This document shows positions 25,306 to 38,851 of a stretch of DNA of 64,000 bases, in pieces. Numbering within the stretch: position 1 is the first letter of the stretch; every line of letters starts with the position of its first letter. Position numbers and translations under genes: made by a program. Under the pieces are notes generated by a model. The model was not told the DNA's origin. It worked only from the letters and a program-made list of their open reading frames with translations, and searched no databases. Source of the DNA: Harriotta raleighana (taxonomy: Eukaryota); contig JBNZDD010013687.1 of assembly GCA_050575255.1 (NCBI GenBank), positions 599,024 through 663,023 of the forward strand. The letters run 5' to 3'.

Positions 25306-26149
25306 GTGCGCAAGCAGATTTAGTAATACTGTCTGTTGCGACACATAAGGCAGACTTGTAACCTATTACAGACACTTTCAATCAGTATTTTTAGTGTTCA
25401 GAAATTTGTTTACAGAGGAATTTTACTCAATGACCTTTTTTATTTCATCTGATTTCAATCTAGTTTTGAGAAATTTAAAAACAGCCTGCATCAGTAATTT
25501 GGTAATCTGCAATTCATTTGTTGAAGATCATTCTGATATAAAATAAACACATCTGAAGCTTTGTGTGTGTGGCTGTGGCATGGGGTTCATCAAATTTCTC
25601 CAGCCTTGAAAGTAAATCATATCTTGAGTGTGAAAATTATGATGTTAGACTTCATCGGATTGTAATGCACTTTGTCTTTGGTTGGGGTGGGTGGAGGGTA
25701 GGGGATTGGGGGGGTGGGGTTGGTGGGGAAGGGAGGTGTTTCCTGTGTGCTGGTGGTGAGTGAAAATCCCGAAATTCCACAATCAGGTGAGATGTAGGAG
25801 GAAGAGTGCAGGCATGACATTGAAACTTCCAAATCAAAATTTTCTCCCTCCTAAAATATATTAAAAATAGCATTTCAAGCATCTTAAAGCCAGTCAATTA
25901 AGTTTTGTGGCATTGAGTAGTATCACAGCGTGAAAGCATCTGTTAATTTGAATATTTCTGTGGTATTCAGTGTGGATCAATAATTGCTGTGCTGTGACTG
26001 AATGCCATCCATAGCTGTCAGTCATACAGCTCACAATTAATTATTTTGTAACTGCATCGAATCATATTTAACTCAATTGGTAAATGATGCTATTTGCATA
26101 ATGGACAAACTAATCTTTCTGAACATGCAAGGAGCAAATGCATTACTTT

Positions 26150-26337
26150 TAAAAAATAAATTGGGTCACTCAATCCATGACTGTTTATGGGACGAGACTG
26201 TACTCAATTGGCTGCCAGGTTTCACCCACAAAATATACAGTCAATTAAGTATATTCTCTGCTTTGAGATGTTTCAAAGATGTTTCTATTCTGTCATCTGC
26301 TCTGTAAAGATGTCATAAAATTCAAGGATTATGATTA
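26150..26337 (+). mobile_element. SINE 3' half
   Basis: caatccatgactgtttatgggac...aattggctgccaggtttcacccacaaaatatacagtcaatt...caaggattatgatt. Confidence 0.8.
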
Positions 26338-26421
26338 GTTGACTTCGACTTTAGATTGACTGTCCCCAAAGGAACTATCTATTGTGATGCAGTGTGTTTT
26401 GCAGTGTTGATTAGCAAAAAC

Positions 26422-26839
26422 AAACGTCCGGCCCATCCCCCCCCCCCCCCCACCCTCAGAATTTAACATAACAGGAACCTATACAGCACATACTCATTAA
26501 ATAATCTGATAGATCATGTTATTTTAAATAGAAAATGTATTCTGCAAGGAAACATTAACATTTTCCCTTGTTTCAGATGATGACTGAATAATAAGTCCAA
26601 TCATTTGCATAATTAATATATTAATAGAANAAACGTCCGGCCCCACCCCCCCCCCCCCCCCACCCTCAGAATTTAACATAACAGGAACCTATACAGCACA
26701 TACTCATTAAATAATCTGATAGATCATGTTATTTTAAATAGAAAATGTATTCTGCAAGGAAACATTAACATTTTCCCTTGTTTCAGATGATGACTGAATA
26801 ATAAGTCCAATCATTTGCATAATTAATATATTAATAGAA
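26422..26839. other. ~208-bp tandem duplication around a single N (assembly overlap artefact)
   Basis: 26422-26629 is repeated at 26631-26839, identical except in the poly-C run, with N at 26630. Confidence 0.9.
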
Positions 26840-29708
26840 CAAGTTCCATTAATTCCACTCCATGTCTTTTATCATGTCTGTTGTTGGACATTACACATCC
26901 TCCAAAATGAAATGGATCTAGATAAATTCTCTCTTCATTACTGGGAGTGACGGCCAAGGTTCAGAGAAATCAGTACGAACTAATGCTGGCAATACATAAT
27001 GTGCCCATCAACATCTAAAGATGATTGGTTAATGGTTTGGATGAAGCCCTACATCGAACAAACATGGAACCTGATGATCCTAATTACATGAGACTGCTTT
27101 GTCAATTTAGAATTGTATTTATATTTGCATTGAGCAAAGCAGAAAAATATGTTTCTTGGTTTGAAATTCTTCTGTCATGTTGTTTCAATTGGACCTGGCC
27201 AATACACGAACCCAATTCTAGCATTTACCGAAACCAGAGCACATCCAGACATAAAAGATTTGCTGTCTTATGCATCATGTGTCCAAAAGATGTTTGAGGG
27301 ATGACCCAATTCTCTAATCACTGACAGGCAATTTTAACCGAAATGAAGTGTGCATTGGGGCAAAAGAAAATACGTTTTTCAAAGGTTTGTTTTTAATGTA
27401 ATGCAGTTCTGGAAGTGGATACAACTCAGTAAGTGAAGTTTGATTGCTAGTTGGGTGAACTCTTGTGTTTCTGGCCTTGACATTTAGAGATCAGGAGTGC
27501 GGTTTCAGGCCTGTCGAGATTGAGATTGAGAAATGCTGGTTGCCAAGATGAAATCCAGAAACAGTTCCTGCTAGTGCTTGAAAATCTATCTGTAAAGTAA
27601 CAAAGAAGAATTCCGATCACCCACATCCCTGCAACTTGAAAATCATCTCCGTGTCTCTCACTGTCTCCGGTGGTTCATTAGCCAAATGCTAAAGTTCATA
27701 ATTGTCAGTCATCTTGCACAGTGTTACACACAGTGACTGCTTGTCCAGGTAAAACCACCCTATCTGTTAAGATTTTCACTTCCAATGAATGGCCCCTGAA
27801 TCTGCAATGCAGATGACCTTTTAGCAGAATGTTACTTCATAAAATGTAAATTGTGGCACTTTAATGAGCCATGACTAACAGACGTATGTCAAGTGCAGAG
27901 TCTGCACAACCTCTGACTCCTAACTGTAAGTATGTTAAGCAGCCAGGCTTAGTCTCTACCCCATGATAGATATTTTTGACATTATTTGTGGCTGTGTGAA
28001 TAATTAACAAGAAAATTCAGCATTGTTTCCTGTGCAACATTGGCAAAGATCATCCGAAGCTAATGATGTTTTTTCCCTGAAAGGTTATTGCAAAATTCCT
28101 TGAGTCATATGAATGATACAAAGCAGCAATGGTTTTATCTTTCATGTGTAGTGGAGGGAGAGGAATGGTTATTTGTGTGTCATTCACCAAAGCAGACAAT
28201 GAATTATGTATTCCAGTAAAATAGCTCCATTAATTGAGGATTACATTTTTTTTCTGTCAATTTTCTTCCATATCAGCTGCACGACCCAACAGCTGAATGT
28301 TACAAAGAAATGGGAGTAAACCCCCAAAACATTTCCTGAATTCTCCAGGAGTACTGGAGACTTTGACTTCATGGTCAAAATGTTTTATTTTGTTTTGGAA
28401 CTCGGCTATGACGCACACAACTTTGAGAAAAGCTTTCAAAAAGTGACCAATCCAGAAATCAAGAGATGTAGCACTAAAAAAATAGTGTTTCCTAATGTTA
28501 CAGATATAAAACAAAATGCCCATTGGAGAGTCGTTGCATTGTCACAAATGGCTGACGCAAGGATTCAGTAAAGAATGAATACATTCAGGATGGGCTTCCT
28601 GTAAGGTGCCGTTTAACAGCCTTGTCCAATGTTTTCAAATTAATCAGAAATTGTGCTCAAAACATGAACGCAGTACGAAACATCAAGGTAATAACTCTGG
28701 TACAGTGGACTGCAACATCTTCACACAGTATTCTCCACATTTATCAAATAAGTCACTCACTGCTTGCATGACATCAGTGTATGAATATTCATACCACAGA
28801 GATTTGGATTTCTGGAGCACCACTGAAACAACAGCCAAAAACATAGCAGGCTACAATGTTCACATTTTCATTATTTCTGCCCACACTACAGACAAGGAAA
28901 GATTTGGGTCATTTTGTGTAAGGAATTCCTCGCCACAACAACCTGTGGGAATTTACATTTTCAGTTTGTTTAGTGTCCTACAATCTGGCTCTCTGATTTC
29001 TTCTAACCACTGGGTGCCTTCTGCAATTAGCCTGTAGTGGAGCAGGATATTGGTACCAACTCTCTACCCTATTACCATTTACTTCCTGGCTTTAAATCTC
29101 AGTTCGATTTTTGCACGATCAAATGATGAAACTGATTAGATTTAATCAGATTTAAAACTAGACCACGGTTCTGCCTCCTTCCTGCTCCTGGCTGCTTTCA
29201 ACTTTCATTTTCCTTTTGCTTTACCTCTGTGATCTCTAAGTGGGAACTTGTAAATGCACATTGAGGCAGTTATACAACTGGTCTTGATTGATTATTGGTT
29301 ACCTCTTAGGGCATTGGCTGGTAGATATTGGTATTCTTATTCACGAGGTGTAGAGTTAATACGACAGTAACAAAGCTATCTTTGTTGGTTTGCTTTATAA
29401 CTACTTTTGGTGGAGGCAGCTTCCAAATCACATAATTTGGTACGTATCAGACCCTTTTGGCTCACAGAGTCTGGTGTGTCAGTGGACTGTCAGTAAACCT
29501 ACGTTCAGTATAACAAGAAGCAGACTTCTTGCAGCAGATGCTGAATTATACTTTATGTTCATCATCCATTGGAATCGATTGGAAACCACAGAGAAGGTGA
29601 AAGCTTGCACTGCATTGATGATGCTAAAACGGGTTTGATTCCAGCTGAAAATAACAGACAAGCAAAATATTAGAAGATCAAACTTTAAAGGTTATTGGGA
29701 AGGGGGTG

Positions 29709-29988
29709 GGGGGTGGGGGCAGTCATTTTGAGATAGGCCTAACAAGGAATTAACACAGAAGACAAATCCAAAATTACTTGGTGTGGGAGGGGGGGTGGGG
29801 GGAGAGAGGGAGAATGAGGGAAGGGAAGAAGTGGAAANNNNNNNNNNNNNNNNNNNNNNNNNNGGGGGTGGGGGCAGTCATTTTGAGATAGGCCTAACAA
29901 GGAATTAACACAGAAGACAAATCCAAAATTACTTGGTGTGGGAGGGGGGGGGGAGAGAGGGAGAATGAGGGAAGGGAAGAAGTGGAAA
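29709..29988. other. ~125-bp duplication flanking a 26-N gap (assembly artefact)
   Basis: 29709-29837 is repeated at 29864-29988, differing only in G runs, with N at 29838-29863. Confidence 0.88.
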
Positions 29989-29989
29989 T

Positions 29990-30580
29990 GAAATGTATTC
30001 CTGAGGGGAAACAGCGAGATCAAGAGGTCAAAGATAACTCTTATGGTTAAACAAATTGTTTTAAAAGATGCAAAGAAGAAATGTGTTGGCTGGAAATCAT
30101 ACAAAACAGCTGAGGACAACTCAAATGAGTGCTGGAAGAGGAAAGAGGGCAATAGTAAAGTCAAAACCAGCAATCCAAAACTTACCTTCTAACTATGCAG
30201 AAAGTATCTATTGTATTAAATACTAGGTTGTTCCTCCGTCTAAGGGATCAGTAGAGATGACATATTATGGTGGACCAGGAAATAGCAGATGTGTTAAATG
30301 CATTCTTTATGTCAGTTTTCACAAATAAAGACTGAACAAATTCCAGATCCAGTCAAATTGGTTCAGGAATCTGTAACACATGTAGAGGTTAATAAAGCAT
30401 ATGTTACGGAGAAACTCGGGGAAGTAAATGTCAACGCGGCCCCTCGACGAGATGAGATACACCCTGCAATCTTAAAGGAAATCAGGATAGAAATTGTCCA
30501 GGCTCTGGCTAATAGGTTACTATAAGCTTCCACTATAAAGTAATTTAAGTAACTTCCATGTGGGAAAAAATGACCAATGT
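29990..30580 (+). mobile_element. old CR1 ORF2 internal fragment (upstream of the RT core)
   Basis: EIADVLNAFFMSVFT and EKLGEVNVNAAPRRDEIHPAILKEIRIEIVQALA match the CR1 motifs LNxxFxSVFT and KAPGPDGIHPxxLKE. Frameshifted. Confidence 0.8.
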
Positions 30581-31044
30581 GGTGATCATTTCTGTTTTCC
30601 TTCTCCAGCTGTAGCTCCATGATCCTGCCTAGTGAATGGGTGAACACGTTCCTTATCTCAAACTAGTTGATTGATTCCTTATTCCTATATTTTCTTCAGC
30701 CATCTTTTGGCACCCACACTTCTCCAGCTCAATGTTAGTTATAACGTGAAGACATTATACGTCTAATTCACAGGAGAATGCAGCGTCTTCCTGCTGCTTC
30801 CAGCCCGTGACCCTGCGTTGGTTCACATTTCTACATCAGCAGCTGGATTTGATTTGCCTTATCTGTTAGATTTAAGAGTGCATATTATAGGCCACCCTGA
30901 GAGAATTCACTGGTATGCAACCTGATGTAGTCTTGTGTGCACCCTGAGGCCAGATTAAATGCACACAGACATGCACAATGATCCAGGAACATTGTTTGTT
31001 GAGCGTGACATAAAACACATTTAGGAATGCTACATGGAATAAAC

Positions 31045-31349
31045 ATAACAATCCTTGCATTTGATTTTGCGCTTTTCACGTCTTCTAGACGTCTCAAAGC
31101 ACTTTACAGAGTATGCTCGAAAGTGAATTGACTGTATATTTGTGGGCGAAACGTGGCAGCCAATTATGCACAGCTGTGTCCCAGAAACAGTCGTGGATTA
31201 AATTGACCAATATATTATTGTTTTTTTCAAGGGATTATTATCGTGCGTGTGGAGAAAGGAAACTTGCCTAATACTTCACACTGCTGGGAATCGAACCCAG
31301 ATCTCTCACTTACAAGTCGAGTGCTCCAATCACTGAGCCACAGGAATCC
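31045..31349 (-). mobile_element. tRNA-derived SINE, short subfamily, full length
   Basis: Reverse complement: ggattcctgtggctcagtgattggagcactcgacttgtaagtgagagatctgggttcgattccc ... gagacgtctagaagacgtgaaaagcgc. Confidence 0.92.
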
Positions 31350-32092
31350 ACAGCCTTGATAATTTGGAAGATTGATACACAAATGTTTGTCTATGTAAGA
31401 ATTATTAAATGCTTCCCATAAATTAACAACCTATGTTTTGTTTCACAATATAATTAGATTTTTAAAAACAAGATGCAGAGTACAGTACTTTGCAGCTGAT
31501 CTATATTTCATTGGGTTTTGTTGTCAACTGAGAAGTGTAAAGCCCACTGTAATCCTGTGCATAACTTGTGGCAGCCTTAATCAAAATCAACTTTAAATGG
31601 ATATGTCAAGGAAAAAAAGATATGGTCGCAGAGTTAATGAAAACATTCAGCTGCAACATTTAACATTTGATAGCACTTCAGAGATGTAGAAATCCGCTTT
31701 CAAAATCAGTTCTGCATATCCGGGCGTAATACAAACACACTGAACTATCATACCACAATTGCCAAAAATAGCAATCTTTTCATTAAGTTTATGATGGGAA
31801 CTGTCATAATAATGTTGTAATGAAGTGTGGGTGGGGGGATTGGGGCGTGGAATGATAGACTCCTTTGTTCAAACTGTTCTCTCCGGTATTTGCAACTCTG
31901 ATTTTCATTTTGTTCCACGACAATTTTCAACGTAGCAAATAAAAATATTGGAACAAATGAAACATATTGGGATGGTTGCGTGGAAAGGGTGGTTGAAAGA
32001 AATTACTTTGAAGCATTTACTTGTTACTGTACTATGTTATTTCAATGAGTATAATGCTCCTTTGTTAATTTTCACAACTGTTTATATATAAT

Positions 32093-32250
32093 ATAATAAT
32101 AAACCATGCATTTGATATAGCGGCTTATCACATTTTTCTGAACGTCTCAAAGTACTTCACAGAATATACTATCAAGTAAATTGACTTTGTATTTTGTGGG
32201 TGAAACGCAGAGGTCAATTGCATTCAGAAGTGTCCCATCAACGTCGTTGA
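32093..32250 (-). mobile_element. SINE 3' fragment
   Basis: gcatttgatatagcggcttatcaca...aacgtctcaaagtacttcacagaatatact...gtgggtgaaacgcag. Confidence 0.8.
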
Positions 32251-34034
32251 TCAAATTGTACTATAATGATGTGTCATATAACATGATTGTTATATGTGTG
32301 TGTGTATATATACACTGGTTGCTTGGACAATGCGGAACTCACAGTATTTGATGCAAATATGGCTCCAGGGTTTGCTTAAATCAAAACATGATTTGTAGGA
32401 GCATTAAACTATTCTGCGAAAACTGACCTGCAGTCTGTAACTTGCTCCATGGAATGTTATCAGAGCTGCTGGAAGTGGGAAACAAAAATGGAGATTCCAT
32501 ATGTGCAGCGTCGGTCACAATCGACTTTACATGTTGATGACAAATTTTATAAATACGACCTCAATAAATTTACCCTCAGGAGACATCTGGTCTATGGCCT
32601 AAAGGAAAATACTGACACACTGCTCAATAAAGGCTCAACAAATTGAGAGACAATCTCCAGTAAGGGAGCTTGGCTTATTTTAAAGATAGCCTTGGGGGAG
32701 AGTGATTTAAAACAAATTCATAATGGGTGTCTTGCCCAGTAAATTGTGAATGATTAGCATTGAATATAAAATACTGAAGTAATTCACAATGCGGTCGAGA
32801 AGCTTCTTGAACTCGTTGTTATCACGTAAAGAGAAGGATAAGTTGGGGTCAAGTTAAAAGGAATGGGGCTCATGAAACTCCATGAGGGCAGAGCATTCTT
32901 GCTTCAGACACACTGACAAGCCCGTGTGCTGAAATGCAAATTACAGCTGCTTTGTGCACAACTTGAGATTTCCTGAGTCTTGTGCATAAGTCCCTGTGGG
33001 GCTTTTAGCTTCTGTGTGATATAATTTAGAGCATGCCCAAGATTGCAGAGCCACACAAAGGAATACTGGGTGATTGCTTGGGTTTGATAGCTGAACATTT
33101 TTAAAATTGGAAATTTGTTGCTGTGGTTCAAGAAATGAACACATAATTTATTGTGGGCATGCTATGGTTTCAAACTTGTGTAACTAGAGCATAAAAATAA
33201 ACTATACATTTGTATTTATATACAGTATGGACAAACACTAATAAAGTAAGCAATCACAACACTTAAAAATGCCCAAGAATTCCTCCATATTTATGTTGGA
33301 GAACTTGCTTTTTGGCCCCATTGCCAATCTGTACTATGGGCTCTGTAACTAAATGACACAATAGCAAACAGAAGAAAATTAAACAACTTGTTGCAAGGCT
33401 GATTCTTAACTTCATAGTATCGAATGTTTCGAAGGTCTACTTTTGAGGACTGTATAACAATATATTGTAGGATTGGCTCTTAAATATTAAGTGCTTTCAT
33501 CTGAATTCTCAAATGACTCTAACCTGTTACAAAGGAACATTTGTTACAATTGGATGTGTTTTGTGTTGTCTCTGACACTGCAGTTCTTTATATATTGGAG
33601 GAGAGCTTGGTCTTGGGGTTTCTTTTCCACTGATGCTCTGAGTAAATAGTAGAACTCAGCTCACCAACTCTTAAAGGCTCATTTCAGACTCTCAAAGTGC
33701 CTAATAGTAGATGGACTAACAAGCTGTGATTAGCCATTTGATGATATGAGTGTAACGTTTAATAACTGAACGGAAATTTCATGTTTCCCCTTTGGAATGG
33801 TGAGGATCAATGGAACACAGTTCATGCGCGAGTTTTATTGGTCCCAGATCCTTATCAATGTCACTATGCTCTGCAAATGTTGTTACGCATTCCTCAAGTT
33901 GATGCGTAGTTGAACGTTGCTGGCTGTATAACTTTATTGGATTAGAAACATGTTTCAGTAAAGAAATAGTTTAATGAGGACTGTGCGGCTTTCTGTAATG
34001 TCATTGCTGGTGACACTGAAGCTCACCCCTCTAC

Positions 34035-34872
34035 ATTTTCAATGTCTGACCAAGTCTGCTTTATTCTTTCTCTGCACAGCACGCACCTCTGCCAGTATCT
34101 CAGCCCAGATAACTGAAACCCAGGTTTTTGATATCTCTAGGCTTGATGTGTCCAATACCTTGCTTGGTGGCCTCCCCAGCTCCACTCACTGCTGAAGCTT
34201 CACCATCCAGAACTCCGCAGCCCATTCTTATTCTCATGCTTCCTAACACTTCCGCATCACACCAGTCTTTCCCCCATGATAAGCACCGTCAATTCACTGC
34301 GTAGTATATTCTGTGTAGAGCTTTTAGGACATCTCCAAGACATGATTAGTGCCATATCGAATGCAAGGATTATTATCATCTTCCACAGGCTGCTTATCTC
34401 TCAGCAGATCAACTTTAAATTCCTCACATTCAAATATCTCCATGATCCCAACCTGCCTCTGACCTCCTGTGACCCCACTGCCTGCATTCCACTATCTCCA
34501 CCCGATTTCATATTCTCTGCCTGCTTCACCTCACTGGTGGCTGCTAATTTATGAGACACTTTCTCCCCCCAATACCCCACCCCGCCAACCTTTCCTGGAA
34601 TTGTTTCCCCAAATCCCTCCACCCCCTTTAGGCCATTCTATCCCCACAACCTGGAACTCCATCCCAGAGTCCCTCCACCTTGCCTACTCGTTTAAAACCT
34701 GCCATAGGACCTATCTTTTCAATTGCGCATTCAACCGTTCTCTTTCTCTCTCCTCACTTCTTCCTTCCCTCCCTTCCCACCCCCAAACAGCAAGCTGGGG
34801 CTTCCAGTCAGACGTTAAAGCAGTCGAAACTTCCTCCCCATGAAAAGAGCTATAAAAATGTAAATTATTATT
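34035..34872 (+). mobile_element. L2 LINE 3' fragment (~0.75 kb) with a nested SINE tail
   Basis: ISRLDVSNTLLGGLP, IQNSAA, ITPV, QQINFK and TWNSIP motifs typical of L2 ORF2. Tail gaaaagagctataaaaatgtaaattattattgtt. Confidence 0.88.
34285..34379 (+). mobile_element. SINE tail nested in L2
   Basis: gtcaattcactgcgtagtatattctgtg...gtgccatatcgaatgcaaggattattatc interrupts the L2 between the ITPV and HxL motifs. Confidence 0.75.
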
Positions 34873-34884
34873 GTTTTACTCTTC

Positions 34885-35035
34885 TTGCTGGGAGTACAAT
34901 CCCAGCATCAGATATCTCTCCCAAGTGGTCATTGATCCACCTGTGGGTCTTGACACAGGATATTAGCAAGCTGTTCAAACAGGCAGTGGCAAGTGAGAGA
35001 ATGGTAGCCAGACCTGGCTGTCTGCACACAGTCTG
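34885..35035 (-). mobile_element. LF-SINE-like 3' fragment
   Basis: ctcccaagtggtcatt...tgtgggtcttgaca...tattagcaagctgttcaaac parallels 56128-56188. Confidence 0.55.
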
Positions 35036-36909
35036 GGAGGGCAAATAAAAGCAACAATATGATTAAAAGCAGTCTTGCCGGTCTATCACGCCAGAGAAAC
35101 GTTGGCCTGTGCCGGCTAGATGCTAGTAAATTCTTTGCATTCTTGGGAATGTGACCTATCTCCCTGCCGGAAAATGAATCTGTCATGAATGACTGTCATT
35201 TTTGCTTTGCACTCCCTCCCACTGATTGGATTGTTGATCGTTGAGGCCCTCCACCGTGCTGTCAGTAAGCAGCAGGATACCACATATGGATGTTACTACT
35301 GTTTCACACAGCTCTGTGCTTTCCATATTTTAAAGACTGTAATCCACGGAATCATGATTGCACAGGTCTCGTAATTGCTCGCTCTGCGAATGGCCGTCCC
35401 TCAGAATTTCCTGCTTTTGCCGAGTGGGGAGAATTTCCAAAGATTTGCAAATTGTCATCATCTTGAACCTCTCTGGATTCCCTCAATTGGCTTTGTCGGC
35501 TGTTCCATTCATGACCAAAGTATATTTCACTTTGATTTCAGCACAGAATTCCTGAATGAATAACTCTGTTCACCCTGGCTCTAAAGAGGAATACCAGTAG
35601 CGGTCTGTGAATGCCAGTTCAGAAACTCAACGCACTCAAGCTGAGTAGAAATGTGAAATGGATTCAGTACTATTGTTCAATGAAAAATGGACCTTTTCCC
35701 ATTTTGTGTGATCGGTTGTACCAAGTAAGATTGTACGTGGCTGTCAAATGAATCCAGCACCTTGCATTGAAAGCAGTCATTTGCTGCAGTTGCCTACACT
35801 GCACATCTCAAGTGGTAGAATTCCCTTGCCTCTCGTTCACAAAGTGCTCCGAAAAGACCATCTCTGACCCTGCTTTTGGTCAAAATCCTTGTGTCCTGGT
35901 GCCCTTCCCCCCCCCCCCCCCTCGCTCTCCCCCCAACCAATTTGTGGGGTGACCACACAATCACTTAAGCAATTCGAGGGAAAAAAAAACAACCCTATAT
36001 ATACGCCGGTTGTATCCAGAGTTCGCATCCTGCGTGCAGTTTCATGTTTCTAATCAGCAACATTAAGGTTTTACCAGGCAAGGCATGAACCATCAATTTA
36101 ACTCTTATCGCTCATTTCAAAGAAAATAAACTGAGAATAACACTAGTCCTCTGCAGTTTGGGATTGATTATTGTTCAATCAATCTGAGTTTAAGAATGGA
36201 CCTCTGGAGTAAGAGAGCTCACTAAATGAAATGAAGTGGCTTTATGTTATGCAAATCATCTCCGATTACAACAGATTCCTACTTAATTAAAGATTGGTCC
36301 ATAATTTTTAACAGGATGTTCTGCAGTATATTATTAGGAAATCATTTTGCTTGAACTGGTAGAAAAACAGTGCTTATGACCTAACACTGTTCCTCTGAAC
36401 TTTTTATAGGGTGCAGAGTTGATGTTTTGAATCCATTGAAAACATAAGCTTTCTCATTTTACTCCTTTAATGGTGAGCATGTGTTTCTAATTTTTTTAAT
36501 GTTGAGAATAGTCACTTGAAAGGGTGATATATGGTATAGAAGGGATTTGAGATATTAGTTTTTCTGTCTTAATGCAGTTAGCTAAAAGTTCACAGATAGA
36601 TTAATATCGACCAAGAGTGAGAGTCTGAGAGACACTAGCTGTAATTGATTAAAATTCCTCGTCACACTGTGTAAGTGTTTACAATAAGGTTTCAGGATAT
36701 AGTTTCAAGAGTTTCATGATTCTTTACTGGAGATAATTCTTCAGATGATTGTGAATTGTTGTTCTGGGGCCAAAAATGTTTTTCAAAAATAATTTCTATG
36801 AATAAGACCATCACAAAAAACACTGTTGACTGAAATCCCAGTTTGTAACTGTACGATAACAGTGAGCATTGCCTTGTTATCTCAGCTCTTTGTTTCATTG
36901 TCAGAAGTA

Positions 36910-37152
36910 CCATCCCTTGGATGAAATGTTAAACCAAATTTCTGCCTGCCTCTTCTCGAAATGAGAATGGAATTTCTTCCTGTATCCCGGCCAACACCCT
37001 CACACAGCTAGATTTTAATTTTTTTTAAATTTACTTCATGTTTTTTGCTGTATACACTCCACGTCCGATCACTCCGAGTCACAGAAATATTCCGTGAAGT
37101 GCTTTGAATCATTTTGGTTTGATAGGATGCCATATCCAAAGCAATTATTGTT
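36910..37152 (+). mobile_element. degraded Deu-SINE fragment
   Basis: ttggatgaaatgttaaaccaaa...ctgcctgcc...tcctgtatcccggccaaca, and tail gtgaagtgctttgaatc. Confidence 0.55.
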
Positions 37153-37384
37153 CTTATATATAAACACATTATTTAATAAGATGGACAGCCCTACTTGTAG
37201 GGCTACTACTTCCTACTTCACCACAATTGTAATACCTTTTAGAACCATTAACAGATGAGATATATTCAGCATGCAGCAATGCTTGAGGTGAATCAAAGAT
37301 CAGTCCACAATATGGCTTTTGAGCCAAGATTTGACTAATGTGCATCAGTCTCCACTCAATAGTCAACCACAAAGTTTATTTGTG

Positions 37385-37732
37385 TGTCAGCCTGGTGTAG
37401 TGGTAGTACTCTCTCTTCTGAGTTAGAAGATTCTTGGTTCAAGCCCCACGTCAGGACTCAAGGTCCCGTCTGCCTGTTCAGATGGAGATAAACATCCCAT
37501 GGCACTATTCAAAAAGAGAAGGGAGTTTCTCCTCGTGTCTCAGAATTCCCCAAATAAAAATTGGCTATCTTACATTATAGTCATTTGTGGGACATTGCTG
37601 TGTGCAAACTGGCTGCCAATTCTCACCCACAAAATTCACAATGAATCAACTCCACAGAATTTCCAGTGAAGCACTTTCAGATGTCTTGACGATGTGATAA
37701 GACACGATAATCAAATGCAAGGATTATTTATC
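37385..37732 (+). mobile_element. Deu-domain SINE with an internal deletion
   Basis: Head gtagtggtagtactctctcttctgagttagaag, core ggtcccgtctgcctgttcagatggagataaacatcccatggcactattc, tail tcaaatgcaaggattatt. About 85 bp shorter than the 6390 copy after the head. Confidence 0.85.
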
Positions 37733-38745
37733 ATATATAGTACATATAATTGAAGTGTAATCTTTTCTGCGAGGCATTGCGAGTTGAGCGCTGGCTTTCT
37801 CTCGTGTTTGCCCATTGCAATGCCTAAGCTACCTGATGGCATCTTGTCTGTTCATGCACACACGGGGAATGTTCTCACCATAAACATGGCAGCAATGAGG
37901 AGAAAGTCAGCTGACTTTCAATACAGCCACAGTTACACTGTCTTTTTACCACTAAAAACTTAAGTGAACATTACATAAGACATTACATATGGACTAGAAC
38001 ACTAGGACTTTGATCAATGAAAATGACAATACTATTAGAAGGAAACCTCAAATGTGAAGCCACTGCTGACACCTTACAGCATTGGCTTTTTCAGAACTCA
38101 AGGATTTATTCCTTGTCTGCTGATTACTGTATTAATGATTGCTGCAAAATGTATACACGGTGACTCAAATTACCAAATGTTTATTCAGTTAGTTCCTTCA
38201 TTACTTATAAATACGATGATAAGCATTTTCGCAGTTTGCTTAATGGTCAGTAATAGACAGAGTTTGTTTTTGTTCCTCAAACGTTCTACGTGAATATTAT
38301 GTTTGACAAAGCCTTTTCCTTCTTTGTGCTAGGAGATTAGCCATTTCATATTTAGCTACTTCTTGCTCTAAGACTGCGGTGATGGGATAAATAGTCAGGA
38401 TGCCAGTGGAAGTTTTGAATTCTATTAACAGCATTTTAATGCATGTGTACTGTGCTCTCGTCACTTTCAGACTTTGATTTAAATTTAAAAATAAAGGACA
38501 AGGGCATCACAAGGCAGGAGGTCCTTCTTCCTATGACGCACAATCCAAACTGTGAGACAGACACTTAGCACACTATCTCGATTGTCCCTGTTTGTACCTG
38601 AAACCATGACTCAGTACTGATCGATTACAGGATGTCAGTTTTACCTAGACCACAAGGTATGCTGGTGTGTAGAAATGAATATCTCTAGTGCAGCTCTCTG
38701 AGCCTAGGGTTAAAGCCCATGTAAGGACAATGGGAAGAGAGTTGA

Positions 38746-38851
38746 AACAAAAACAGAAGTTGCTGGGGAAACTCAGCAGGTCAGGCAGCATCCATGGAGA
38801 AAGGAAAGCGAGTCAACGTTTCGGGTCCACGACACTTGGTCAGAGTCGAGT
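38746..38851 (-). mobile_element. ~105-bp Penelope-type mini element with hammerhead-ribozyme-like motif (copy 2)
   Basis: Minus strand: ctgacca-a-gtgtc-gtg-gaccc-gaaac-gtt-gactcgctttcc...ctgtttttgttt. Flanking direct repeat tgggaagagagttga (38731-38745) / tggaaagagagttga (38852-38866). Confidence 0.8.

Noticed and set aside
26422-26839. 208-bp tandem duplication as a biological repeat
   Set aside because: The copies are separated by a single N and differ only in a homopolymer, which indicates an unmerged contig overlap.
29039-29188. Nested short inverted repeats (ggagcagga/tcctgctcc and tttaaatct/agatttaaa)
   Set aside because: The spacing is asymmetric, the arms do not pair in between, and there is no TSD. 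Too weak to call a MITE.
29709-29988. 125-bp direct repeat (possible LTR or TSD)
   Set aside because: It flanks an N gap and differs only in G runs, so it is an assembly artefact.
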